DNA of 64,000 nucleotides from a bacterium. GTDB taxonomy: Bacteria; UBA8248. Positions 8,931 through 17,946 of this stretch are shown here, piece after piece. The first letter of the stretch is position 1; each line of letters opens with the position of its first letter. Position numbers and translations under genes: made by a program. The notes under the pieces are model-generated. The model ran no database searches. It worked only from the letters and a program-made list of their open reading frames with translations, and was not told the origin of the DNA. The stretch covers positions 992,001 through 1,056,000 of the forward strand of contig OZ241326.1 of NCBI GenBank assembly GCA_965199855.1. Reading direction: 5' to 3'.

Positions 8931-10091
8931 ATGAAACGGGGCGAGACCGGGAAATACGAAACGACGATCGTCGGCGGCGAGTCCGAGCGCGCCTTCGTGC
9001 CCTCTCGCCTGCCGCCTGCGCCCGCGCTGGACTTGACGGAGCTCCACGCGCCTCTGGAGAAGGCGTCGCTGGCGCTGGGCCGTCTGGACGGTTTGTCCAC
9101 TTTGCTCCCCGAGACGCATTTATTCCTCTACACCTATGTTCGCAAGGAGGCCGTGCTCTCCTCGCAGATTGAGGGGACCCAGTCCTCGCTCTCCGATCTG
9201 CTGCTGTTCGAGCTGGAGCAGTGGCCGGGCGCGCCCTTCGACGACGTAGTCGAGGTCTCCAACTACGTGGCCGCGCTGGAGCACGGCCTGGAGCGGATGC
9301 GCGAGGGGTTTCCGCTCTGCGGCCGCCTCATGCGCGAGATTCACGCCAAACTGCTCGCGCGCGGCCGGGGCGTCAACAAGGCGCCGGGCCAGTTCAGACG
9401 CTCGCAGAACTGGATCGGCGGCGCGCGGCCCGGGACGGCGCATTTCGTGCCCCCTCCGCCGCATCGCGTCGCCGAGTGCATGGCGGATCTGGAGCGCTTC
9501 TTCCATGCGGAGGAGCCGGCTTTGTCCGCGCTGCTGCGGGCGGGCCTCGCCCACGTCCAGTTCGAGACGATTCACCCTTTTCTGGACGGCAACGGCCGCG
9601 TGGGCCGCCTGCTGATCACGCTCATGCTGTGGAGCGACGGCGCGCTGCGCGCTCCGCTGCTGTATCTGAGCCTCTATTTCAAGCAGCGCCGGGCGGACTA
9701 TTACGCGCTCCTCGACGAGGTGCGGCGAACAGGCGACTGGGAGGCGTGGCTCGCGTTCTTTCTGGAGGGCGTGGCGCAGACGGCGGAGGGCGCCGCCTCG
9801 ACCGCGCAGCGGCTGATGGACCTGTTTGAGGCAGATCGGACGCGAATGGGAGGAACGGGCCGCGCCGCGAATTCGGCGATGCGCGTCCACCGGGTGATGC
9901 AGGAGCGTCCGATCATCTCGCTTCAGGAGCTCGCAAAGCGCACGGGACTTTCCTATCCCGGGGCGTCCGGCGGGATAGGGACGCTTGAGAGGCTGGGGGT
10001 GGTCCGCGAACTGACGGGCAAGAGGCGCAACCGCCTGTTCGGATACAAGGACTACCTCTCCATTCTCGAAGAGGGAACCGAGGCGCTCTGA
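8931..10091 (+). CDS. Fic family protein with C-terminal HTH
   Basis: Fic motif HPFLDGNGRVGR; inhibitory helix SSQIEGT; C-terminal winged HTH (ELAKRTGLSYP...RELTGKRRNRLF). Confidence 0.93.
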   Translation: MKRGETGKYETTIVGGESERAFVPSRLPPAPALDLTELHAPLEKASLALGRLDGLSTLLPETHLFLYTYVRKEAVLSSQIEGTQSSLSDLLLFELEQWPGAPFDDVVEVSNYVAALEHGLERMREGFPLCGRLMREIHAKLLARGRGVNKAPGQFRRSQNWIGGARPGTAHFVPPPPHRVAECMADLERFFHAEEPALSALLRAGLAHVQFETIHPFLDGNGRVGRLLITLMLWSDGALRAPLLYLSLYFKQRRADYYALLDEVRRTGDWEAWLAFFLEGVAQTAEGAASTAQRLMDLFEADRTRMGGTGRAANSAMRVHRVMQERPIISLQELAKRTGLSYPGASGGIGTLERLGVVRELTGKRRNRLFGYKDYLSILEEGTEAL

Positions 10092-10130
10092 GCCGTCCCC
10101 GCGCGCATCCTTGAAGTCTCCCCTGCCGGC

Positions 10131-10183
10131 TTGTTCGCATTTAAGCCTGAAAGTTCAATAGTGAAATTCCTTATTGAACTTTC
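10131..10183. repeat. Third copy of the AT-rich motif, downstream of fic, containing a perfect 12-bp inverted repeat
   Basis: gaaagttcaata (10149-10160), 11-nt spacer, tattgaactttc (10172-10183); 39/52 ungapped identity to 8744-8795. Confidence 0.7.
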
Positions 10184-10232
10184 GCGCAATCAGGGGAGCT
10201 TGCGAGGCGGGAAGCGTCCGCCCGCGCCTGCG

Positions 10233-11066
10233 TCAATACTTCTCGGGCACGAAATTCTGCTCGCTCATGGGCGGCCGCTCAAGGGCCTGCGCCGGCGGGC
10301 GCGGAGGGAGCGGGGCGGGGGCGGGCGTCAGGTCCCGATAGGGGATGAGGCCGAGCAGATGGCTGATGCAGTTGAGGCGGGCGCGCCGCTTGTCGTCGGC
10401 GTCCACCACGAACCAGGGCGCCTGCGGTATGTCGGTATGCGCGAACATTTCGTCCTTCGCTCTGGAATACGCGACCCATCGGTTGCGCGATTCCACATCC
10501 ATCGGGGAGAGCTTCCACCGCTTCGTCGGGTCGCGGAGGCGCGCCTGAAAGCGGCGCTCCTGCTCCTCGTCGCTGACCGAGAACCAGTATTTGATCAGCG
10601 TGATTCCCGAGCGGACGAGCATTCGCTCGAACGTCGGGCAGGAGCGCAGAAACTCGCGGTATTCCGCCTCCGAGCAGAAGTCCATGACCCGCTCGACGCC
10701 CGCGCGGTTGTACCAGGAGCGGTCGAACAGCGTCATCTCGCCGGCGGCGGGCAGATGCCCGGCGTAGCGCTGGAAATACCACTGGGCGCGCTCGCGCTCC
10801 GTCGGCGCCCCCAGCGCGACGACGCGGCAGACGCGCGGGTTCAGGCTCTGCGTGATGCGCTTGATGACGCCGCCCTTGCCGGCCGCGTCGCGTCCCTCGA
10901 AGAGGACGACGACCTTGAGTCCTTCCCGCCGTATCCACTCCTGGAGCTTGACCAGCTCGATCTGAAGCCTCGCCAGCTCGGCCTCGTAGGCTTTCTTCCG
11001 CACCTTTTTCCCGGGCGCTTTCGGGGCGGCGGGGCCGGCCCCCTCGCGCCCGTCTCTCTTCGCCAT
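10233..11066 (-). CDS. ppk2: Polyphosphate kinase 2
   Basis: EGRDAAGKGG Walker A, FDRSWYNRAGVERVM, KRWKLSPMD, DKRRARLNCI. Confidence 0.96.
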   Translation of the reverse strand: MAKRDGREGAGPAAPKAPGKKVRKKAYEAELARLQIELVKLQEWIRREGLKVVVLFEGRDAAGKGGVIKRITQSLNPRVCRVVALGAPTERERAQWYFQRYAGHLPAAGEMTLFDRSWYNRAGVERVMDFCSEAEYREFLRSCPTFERMLVRSGITLIKYWFSVSDEEQERRFQARLRDPTKRWKLSPMDVESRNRWVAYSRAKDEMFAHTDIPQAPWFVVDADDKRRARLNCISHLLGLIPYRDLTPAPAPLPPRPPAQALERPPMSEQNFVPEKY

Positions 11067-11258
11067 CGCCGCCTCCCCTCAAGCCTCTAAGCCTGTCCGC
11101 CTCCGCGCGCGCGCCGGATGATAGCAACGGCGCGGGAGCCGCGCCAGACCGCCCCCGGACGGCGGAAAATCCGGCTCCGGGCGCCCCGGATGCGCGCGGG
11201 GTCTCTTTCCGCTATATTGCGTCTGAAATTTTCCGTCCCCGCCTCATGAAGGCGCCCG

Positions 11259-12794
11259 TTGGAATACCTCTCGTTCTCGTGGAAAAACCGCAGGTTTCTC
11301 GCCTTCGGATTCCTGCTCTCGTTTTTTTCGTGCTTTGGCCAGTCCTACTTCATCGCCGTGTTCAACGCCGACATCCGGCGCGCCTTCTCGCTCTCCCACG
11401 GCGCGTTCGGCCTGGCCTACGGCGTCGCCACCGTCTCGAGCGCGCTGTGCCTGATATGGCTCGGGCGGATGATCGACGGGACGAGGCTCCGGCGCTTCGC
11501 CCTGGGCGCGTGCCTGGGCCTGGCCGCCGCCTGCGCGGCGATGGCCTCGGCCCCCGCCTTCTGGGCGCTCCTCCTCGCGCTGTTCGCCCTGCGGCTCACG
11601 GGACAGGGGCTGATGGTTCACGCGGCGGTGACGAGCGTCGCCCGGCGCTTCTCCGCCGAGCGCGGCCGCGCCGTCAGCGTCGTCTCAATGGGCGCGCCGG
11701 CGGGCCAGGCGATCATGGCGCTCGTCGCGGTGGCCTTGAGCGCGTGGCTCGGCTGGCGGCATATCTGGCTCGTCATGGCCCTCTGCGTCCTCTTCCTCGT
11801 CATGCCGTCGGTCGCCTGGCTGCTTCAGGGGCATGAGGATGAACACCTAAGGCCCGGCGCGCGGGGGGCGGCGGCTCCTGAGCGGACGCGCGGAGGATGG
11901 TCGAGGGCAGACGTGCTGCGCGACGCGCGCTTCTACTTCATCCTGCCCGTCTTTCTGGCGCCCTCGTTCATCGTCACCGGCTTTTTCTTTCACATGGCGC
12001 ATCTGGCGGAGGCAAAGGGCTGGAGCCTCGCCTTTTTCGCGGGCGCCTACGCGCTCTACACTCTGACCTCGATCGCCTGCGCCCTGCTGACGGGGCCGCT
12101 CATCGACCGGATCGGCGCGGTGCGGGTTCTCCCCTGGCATCTCGCGCCCATGTGCCTGGGACTCCTCGCGCTGGCGGTCTCGAACCGCCCGGCCGCCGCG
12201 ATGATCTACCTCTCCCTGGCGGGCGTCAGCGTGGGGGCGCGCGTCACGGTCGGCGGCGCCGTCTGGGCGGAAATCTACGGGGTGGAGAATCTGGGGGCGA
12301 TTCGCTCCCTGGCGACCTCGTTCATGGTGGTCTCGACGGCGCTCTCGCCCGTCCTCATGGGCTGGATGATCGACCTGCGCTTCAGCGTGGAGACGCTCGC
12401 CCTCATGTGCCTGGCCTATGGGGCGGCGTCATCGCTCCTGAGCGGGATTTCCCTGGGTCTCCGCGCGCGCCTCGCGCTGAGAGGATCGCCGCCTCGGGGG
12501 GCTTTTGCCGACGCGCTATCGGGACGGAGTATTCTCTCGCATACGCGGTTACTCGAACAAGTCCGAGTGCGTGCCGGTGCGGATGAAGGTAACCGCGCTC
12601 TCGTCCTCTTCCCAGATGAGAAGCCAGTCGGGTTCAATGTGGCACTCATGGCAAGAGAACCATGCGCCGGAGAGGCGGTGGGGCCTGTTACGCGGGTCAA
12701 GCGGCTCGCCGGCGGCCAGTTTCTCGGCGACTTCGGCGAATTTATCGAGGTCTTTGTTGAATTGCGTGGTCGCGCGGACTTCACGCATCGTTGA
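11259..12794 (+). CDS. MFS transporter; the ORF reads through antisense over the yafQ gene
   Basis: About 12 hydrophobic segments, FGQSYFIAVF, GRMID, GPLIDRIG, WAEIYGVENLGAIRS. The MFS-like part ends near 12480 but there is no stop until 12794. Confidence 0.85.
   Translation: MEYLSFSWKNRRFLAFGFLLSFFSCFGQSYFIAVFNADIRRAFSLSHGAFGLAYGVATVSSALCLIWLGRMIDGTRLRRFALGACLGLAAACAAMASAPAFWALLLALFALRLTGQGLMVHAAVTSVARRFSAERGRAVSVVSMGAPAGQAIMALVAVALSAWLGWRHIWLVMALCVLFLVMPSVAWLLQGHEDEHLRPGARGAAAPERTRGGWSRADVLRDARFYFILPVFLAPSFIVTGFFFHMAHLAEAKGWSLAFFAGAYALYTLTSIACALLTGPLIDRIGAVRVLPWHLAPMCLGLLALAVSNRPAAAMIYLSLAGVSVGARVTVGGAVWAEIYGVENLGAIRSLATSFMVVSTALSPVLMGWMIDLRFSVETLALMCLAYGAASSLLSGISLGLRARLALRGSPPRGAFADALSGRSILSHTRLLEQVRVRAGADEGNRALVLFPDEKPVGFNVALMAREPCAGEAVGPVTRVKRLAGGQFLGDFGEFIEVFVELRGRADFTHR
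12549..12788 (-). CDS. yafQ: YafQ/RelE family mRNA interferase toxin (shortened)
   Basis: HRLSGAW, ECHIEPDWLLIW, RTGTHSDLF; overlaps the antitoxin stop. Confidence 0.88.
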   Translation of the reverse strand: MREVRATTQFNKDLDKFAEVAEKLAAGEPLDPRNRPHRLSGAWFSCHECHIEPDWLLIWEEDESAVTFIRTGTHSDLFE

Positions 12795-13065
12795 GGCGAG
12801 CGATCAACTCGTTGACGCCGCCGTATCTGCTCAATCCTTCCCCGCCGCGCGCTTGGCGGATGGCCTCGCGGGTCTCCACGTTGGGGGCGCCTGGCTCCGG
12901 CGAAAGGCCGCGATGCGCTTCGAGCATTTCATAGAACAACGGGATCGCCTTGTAGAACAGCCTGATCGCCTCGGTCGGCGACAGGCCGAGAGCGGAAAAA
13001 ATTCTCTCGGCCTCTTGCTTGAGTTCGGTGTCCACGTGAGCGCGGACGATTTCAGTTTTGGCCAT
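12781..13065 (-). CDS. dinJ: DinJ/RelB family antitoxin
   Basis: GGAGG RBS; VRAHVDTELKQEAERIFSALGLSPTEAIRLF ribbon-helix-helix and PNVETREAI; directly upstream of the toxin. Confidence 0.88.
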   Translation of the reverse strand: MAKTEIVRAHVDTELKQEAERIFSALGLSPTEAIRLFYKAIPLFYEMLEAHRGLSPEPGAPNVETREAIRQARGGEGLSRYGGVNELIARLNDA

Positions 13066-13161
13066 GGCGCACCTCCATTCCTCAAAGATAATCCTGCTCA
13101 ATGCCTAAGTCAACGGATGGCTTCGCGCTTAGAAACCCGCCGCCTCGGGGGGCGCTCCGCC

Positions 13162-13545
13162 TCAGCGGCTCCGCCGTCTGGAGGGGGCGAAGCGCCGTCG
13201 CCAGCTCGCCGTCTGCGAGCGGGTGATGCGATAGAGCATCCAGCCGCCTGCGGTCACCGAAACGAGGATGAGCGCGAAGCCGAGCGTCATCACCCTCTGA
13301 AACGGGGTGGCGCGCCCGGACGCGCCGCGTTCGCCCGCGCGGGGAGCGCCTCCGGCGGAGGGTTTGAGGGGCGGCGGCGCGGGGTCGGGCAACCAGACGA
13401 AGGGCGCCGCCACCATCGCCGCGACCAGGAGGACGGGCAACGCCAGGCGCGTGAGATAAAGACGAAGCAAAGAGAACCACCTCCCGCCTCCGACTATAAA
13501 GGCTTCGCCGGGCGGGGAAAAGGCCGCCCGCGCCGCCCGGCGCAT
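13162..13545 (-). CDS. Small hypothetical membrane protein (2 TM); start uncertain
   Basis: Two hydrophobic stretches (LALPVLLVAAMVAAPFVWL; VMTLGFALILVSVTAGGWML); fills an otherwise empty gap. Confidence 0.5.
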   Translation of the reverse strand: MRRAARAAFSPPGEAFIVGGGRWFSLLRLYLTRLALPVLLVAAMVAAPFVWLPDPAPPPLKPSAGGAPRAGERGASGRATPFQRVMTLGFALILVSVTAGGWMLYRITRSQTASWRRRFAPSRRRSR

Positions 13546-13708
13546 GATCGCCCATGGGGAGACGCGAGGCGTCCCCGCGTCGGGAAAGCCGCGCTTGGCG
13601 CGCGAGAGCGTGATTCCCCCCGTTTTTTTCCGTATGATGCGCGCGGGAGGAACTCGCCCGGGTTTTTCGCCGGCTTTCAGACGTCATCCCGGCGAGGGAG
13701 GGAAGCGG

Positions 13709-14476
13709 ATGTTGCGGCCGAGAATCGGAATCACCTGCGACCTGGGCGCGCGGAACTTTCCCGAGGCGCCCCGGCAGCGTCCCCGCCACCTGCTGATGGA
13801 CGCCTACGTGGAGGCCGTGCTCAAGGCGGGCGGCGCGCCCCTGCTTCTGCCCGCGGTGGAGGACGAGCGCGCGGGCGCGGCCGCCCTCGAGGGAGTGGAC
13901 GGGCTGATCATATCGGGCAACGCCTGCGACATCGACCCCGCGCTCTACGGGGAGGATCGGCTGCCCGCGTGCAACCCGCCGAATCCCAGGCGCGAGGCGG
14001 CGGAGATGGCCTCGTGCCGGGCGGCGATGGCGCGCGACATGCCTGTGCTCGGCATCTGCGGGGGGATGCAGGTGCTGAACGTGGCGGCGGGCGGCGCGCT
14101 CTGGCAGGACATTCCCTCGCAGATAGAGGGCGCGCTGCCGCACGCGCCGAAGAACCCCGGGAAAAGCACCTATGTCTTTCACGAGGTGGAGGTCGAGGAC
14201 TCCATCCTGCGGGAAATCCTCGGGAGCGCCTCCGAGGTGAACAGCCATCACCACCAGAGCGCGCGCGAGGCGGGGCCCGGCGTGCGCGTTTCGGCGCGGA
14301 CGGCGGACGGCGTGGTCGAGGCCATCGAGTGCCCCTCGCACCGCTTCGTCGTGGGCGTGCAGTGGCATCCCGAATCCATGTCGGCCTACGGCTCCGCCGA
14401 CGGCGAGGGGGCGGGGCGCCTCTTCGCGCGCTTCGTGGACGAGGCCCGCGCCTTCGCCGAGGAGAACGGGGGGTGA
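13709..14476 (+). CDS. Gamma-glutamyl-gamma-aminobutyrate hydrolase family (peptidase C26, PuuD-like)
   Basis: PRIGIT, DGLIISG, PVLGICGGMQVLNVAAGG nucleophile Cys, VNSHHHQ, GVQWHPE. Confidence 0.92.
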   Translation: MLRPRIGITCDLGARNFPEAPRQRPRHLLMDAYVEAVLKAGGAPLLLPAVEDERAGAAALEGVDGLIISGNACDIDPALYGEDRLPACNPPNPRREAAEMASCRAAMARDMPVLGICGGMQVLNVAAGGALWQDIPSQIEGALPHAPKNPGKSTYVFHEVEVEDSILREILGSASEVNSHHHQSAREAGPGVRVSARTADGVVEAIECPSHRFVVGVQWHPESMSAYGSADGEGAGRLFARFVDEARAFAEENGG

Positions 14477-16668
14477 AGCCGCTCTCGTCTTCCGGCGGCC
14501 GGCTCGCCGCTTTCCTCGCCGCGGGAGCGCTGGCGGCGGGCGTTTGGACGCAGGCCGGCGCGTCTTCCGCCCCGGCAGCTCGCGCCGCCGAGAAGCCGGC
14601 GCTTCAGAAAACCGGCCCGGCGAAGGTGGAGAGGCTACCGGGCGACGACGGAGCCAGGGCGGCTATCCCGCCCGCTATCGAAATCGAAATCCAGCGCCGC
14701 TTCAACGAGATCGAGAAAGAGCGGCTGGATGATCGGGCGGACACCATTGACTGGTGGCTGGCCGTAGTCGCCATCGTCCTGACGTTCTTCGGCATCGTGG
14801 TCGCCATCGCCGGGCTCATTGGCTTCAAGAAATTTCAACAAATCGAAAAAGAGGTGCTAGGAAGCGCTGAGGATGGGAAGAGACATGTAGAGGAAGCCGG
14901 GAAACTCGTGGAGGAAATTAAGGGGCATCGGGATGAATCCCAGACCATCCTCCAGAATATGACCGCCGAAAACTTTGCCGAGATGTCCAAAGACGATCCC
15001 GAAAAAGCGAGGCGAGCCGCCGAGGAAGTCCGTGAAAATCCCCGGGCCTCCCTGACGGACAGGGCGGTCGCCGCGGCGCTTTCCTTCCAGAGGGAAGGCA
15101 GGAAGGACGAAGCCGTCGAGAAATGGCGGGGAATCGCGAAGGTCGCGGAAGGGGATGACGATGATCTCGCCGCCCGCGCCTGGTTTTCCATCGGTTATCT
15201 TTTTCAGGCAAAAGGAAAACCTGGAGAAGCGATTGCCGCCTATGACGAGTCCATTCGCCTGAATCCGAACTTGGCTGAGGCCTACCTCAACCGGGGCAAT
15301 GCGAAGAACAATTTGGGTCAACACCAAGCCGCCATGGCGGATTACGATGAAGCGATCCGCCTGAAACCGGACTACGCCGAAGCCTACTCCAACCGGGGCA
15401 TTACGAAGAACAATTTGGGTCAACACCAAGCCGCCATAGCGGATTCCGATGAGGCGATCCGCCTGAAACCGGACTACGCCGAAGCCTACCTCAACCGGGG
15501 CAATGCGAAGAACAATTTGGGTCAACACCAAGCCGCCATGGCGGATTACGACGAGGCGATCCGCCTGAAACCGGACTACGCCGAAGCCTACTACAACCGG
15601 GGCAACACGAAGAAGGGTTTGGGACAATACGAAGCGGCCATGGCGGATTACGACGAGGCGATCCGCCTGAAACCGGACTACGCCGAAGCCTACCTCAACC
15701 GGGGCAATGCGAAGAACAATTTGGGTCAACACCAAGCCGCCATGGCGGATTACGACGAGGCGATCCGCCTGAAACCGGACTACGCCGAAGCCTACTACAA
15801 CCGGGGCAACACGAAGAAGGGTTTGGGACAATACGAAGCGGCCATGGCGGATTACGACGAGGCGATCCGCCTGAAACCGAACGATGCGGAAGCCTACCTC
15901 AACCGGGGCAATGCGAAGAACAATTTGGGTCAACACCAAGCCGCCATGGCGGATTACGATGAGGCGATCCGCCTGAAACCGAACGATGCGGAAGCCTATA
16001 ACAACCGGGGCAACGCGAAGGATGATCTGGGCCAGCACGAAGCGGCCATGGCGGATTACGACGAGGCGATCCGCCTGAAACCGAACGATGCGGAAGCCTA
16101 TAACAACCGGGGCAACGCGAAGGATGATCTGGGCCAGCACGAAGCGGCCATGGCGGATTACGACGAGGCGATCCGCCTGAAACCGAACGATGCGGAAGCC
16201 TATAACAACCGGGGCGTTGCGAAGAAGGGTTTGGGACAATACGAAGCCGCCATGGCGGATTACGATGAGGCGATCCGCCTGAAACCGGACTACGTGGAAG
16301 CCTATAACAACCGGGGCAACGCGAAGGATGATCTGGGCCAGCACGAAGCGGCCATAGCGGATTACGACGAATCGCTCCGCCTGAATCCGAACTTGGCTGA
16401 GGTCTACAGCAACCGGGGCAATGCGAAGAACAATTTGGGTCAACACAAAGCCGCCATGGCGGATTACGATGAGGCGATCCGCCTGAAACCGGACTACGCC
16501 ACTGCCTACTACAACCGGGGCGTTGCGTCCGTTGTTTTGGACAACAAAGACGCGGCGCGGCGGGATTTCGGGAAAGCGCGAGACTTGGCGCGAAAGGCGG
16601 GCGAGGGTGAGCTCGCAACCCGTGCTGAGTCGGCGTTGAAAGAACTGGATGATCCGCGAGGCGCATAA
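14473..16668 (+). CDS. Membrane-anchored tetratricopeptide-repeat protein (14 TPRs)
   Basis: GTG overlapping the upstream stop; signal-like N-terminus, TM segment WWLAVVAIVLTFFGIVVAIAGLIGF, coiled region, then 34-aa repeats AYxNRGxAKxxLGQxxAAMADYDEAIRLKP. Confidence 0.9.
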   Translation: MKPLSSSGGRLAAFLAAGALAAGVWTQAGASSAPAARAAEKPALQKTGPAKVERLPGDDGARAAIPPAIEIEIQRRFNEIEKERLDDRADTIDWWLAVVAIVLTFFGIVVAIAGLIGFKKFQQIEKEVLGSAEDGKRHVEEAGKLVEEIKGHRDESQTILQNMTAENFAEMSKDDPEKARRAAEEVRENPRASLTDRAVAAALSFQREGRKDEAVEKWRGIAKVAEGDDDDLAARAWFSIGYLFQAKGKPGEAIAAYDESIRLNPNLAEAYLNRGNAKNNLGQHQAAMADYDEAIRLKPDYAEAYSNRGITKNNLGQHQAAIADSDEAIRLKPDYAEAYLNRGNAKNNLGQHQAAMADYDEAIRLKPDYAEAYYNRGNTKKGLGQYEAAMADYDEAIRLKPDYAEAYLNRGNAKNNLGQHQAAMADYDEAIRLKPDYAEAYYNRGNTKKGLGQYEAAMADYDEAIRLKPNDAEAYLNRGNAKNNLGQHQAAMADYDEAIRLKPNDAEAYNNRGNAKDDLGQHEAAMADYDEAIRLKPNDAEAYNNRGNAKDDLGQHEAAMADYDEAIRLKPNDAEAYNNRGVAKKGLGQYEAAMADYDEAIRLKPDYVEAYNNRGNAKDDLGQHEAAIADYDESLRLNPNLAEVYSNRGNAKNNLGQHKAAMADYDEAIRLKPDYATAYYNRGVASVVLDNKDAARRDFGKARDLARKAGEGELATRAESALKELDDPRGA
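15178..16605 (+). repeat. Tandem array of fourteen 102-bp TPR units (units 2-13 near-identical in DNA)
   Basis: Period of exactly 102 nt (e.g. gcctac at 15280 and 16504). Confidence 0.95.
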
Positions 16669-16760
16669 CCCCGCTTGACGGAAGGGGGACGGGAGAGAGT
16701 ATGATGTTTGCCGTCCTTTCGCCCGCTTTGACTCTCAAAAGACAAAAGGGTTGATTCGGC

Positions 16761-17849
16761 ATGTCGGCTCCGAAAACGGAGACTGAACCGCAAGGAGGCG
16801 AGAGCGCGGAAGGGACGCCTCCCGGAGCGAACGGGGCGGCCCATCGCTCCCGGGCGCGCGTCGAAGCGGCCGGGGAGACGGCGGCGTTCAACCGCATTTC
16901 GACAGGCGACGCCAGGGAGCTGCTCGCCTCGTTGCCGGACGCCTGCGTCGATCTCAGCTTCTGGTCGCCGCCCTACTGGGTCGGCAAGGCGTATGAGACC
17001 CACCTCACTTTCGAGGACTGGAAGCGGCTGCTGGCGGAGGTGATTCGCGCCCATCGGCGGGTCGTGAAGCCCGGCGCCTTTCTCGCCGTGAACATCGGCG
17101 ACATTCTCTGCTTCCCGGACGCTTCGATGCCGCGCATCCAGGCCGACAGCGTGCGAGGCAAGAAGGCGGCGGTCACCCGGGAGGACGCGCTGGCGGCCCA
17201 AGCGCGGCATCCGGATGCCAGCCGGCATGAACTCGCCGCGTTGCTCGGGTGCAGCGAGCAGACCGTGCAGCGCCGAATCGAGGGCAACAACGTCCGCGGC
17301 GGCAAGCGCGCCGTATCCACCAGGGTCATGCTGACCTGGTGCCTGCTGGCGCAATGGGCCGAGGAGGCGGGTTTCTACCTCTACGACCGGCGCGTCTGGC
17401 ACAAGGACCCCTGCTGGGCGAACAGCCGCTGGCACTCGAACTCCTATCGCGCGGTTGACGAATTCGAGCACGTCTATGTGTTCTGGAACCCGGGCGCCAC
17501 CGCATACGACAGAGGCCGCCTGAGCGCCGAGGAGTGGTCGGCATGGGGGTCGCGCGGGGTGTGGCGCATCCGCTCCGTGCAGCGAAACGATCGGCACGAG
17601 GCGGAGTTTCCCGAAGAGCTGGCCGAGCGCGTCATCCGCCTGTTCTCCCCCGTCGGCGGGGTCGTGCTGGACCCCTTCGTCGGCAGCGGCACCACGACGG
17701 CGGCGGCGAACCGCCTGGGCCGGAGGTGGATCGGGTTCGACTCCGACCCGGCCTACGCCGGGATGGCGCGAAAGCGGACGCATGACGCGCGGGCGGCGGG
17801 CCCGAACGCCATGGCGCTCCTTGACGGCGCGCGCCGCGCGCGTTCCTGA
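16761..17849 (+). CDS. Orphan beta-class amino (N4-C/N6-A) DNA methyltransferase with an inserted HTH-like segment
   Basis: Motif IV WSPPY before motif I VLDPFVGSGTT; HEAEFPEELAERVI; insert RHELAALLGCSEQTVQRRIE. Confidence 0.88.
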   Translation: MSAPKTETEPQGGESAEGTPPGANGAAHRSRARVEAAGETAAFNRISTGDARELLASLPDACVDLSFWSPPYWVGKAYETHLTFEDWKRLLAEVIRAHRRVVKPGAFLAVNIGDILCFPDASMPRIQADSVRGKKAAVTREDALAAQARHPDASRHELAALLGCSEQTVQRRIEGNNVRGGKRAVSTRVMLTWCLLAQWAEEAGFYLYDRRVWHKDPCWANSRWHSNSYRAVDEFEHVYVFWNPGATAYDRGRLSAEEWSAWGSRGVWRIRSVQRNDRHEAEFPEELAERVIRLFSPVGGVVLDPFVGSGTTTAAANRLGRRWIGFDSDPAYAGMARKRTHDARAAGPNAMALLDGARRARS

Positions 17850-17881
17850 AAGAAATCTTCTCTGAAATTTCCCCATCTTTT

Positions 17882-17911
17882 TTGACGCGGCGCCCGCGCG
17901 CTCTATACGAT
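17882..17911 (+). promoter_or_regulatory. Putative sigma70 promoter of ychF
   Basis: TTGACG (17882-17887), 18 nt, TACGAT (17906-17911). Confidence 0.45.
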
Positions 17912-17946
17912 TGCGCCCCGGCTTCATCCCCGGAGGGAGGGCGAAG

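Noticed and set aside
12505-14472. 1387-aa ORF N-terminal extension of the TPR protein
   Set aside because: It overlaps the TA genes and the C26 hydrolase and reads as GC-rich shadow sequence; the real start is likely GTG 14473.
15178-16605. Regular repeats resembling a CRISPR array or DGR template/variable repeats
   Set aside because: Units are contiguous 102-bp in-frame TPR codons with no unique spacers; there is no cas gene or reverse transcriptase in the window.
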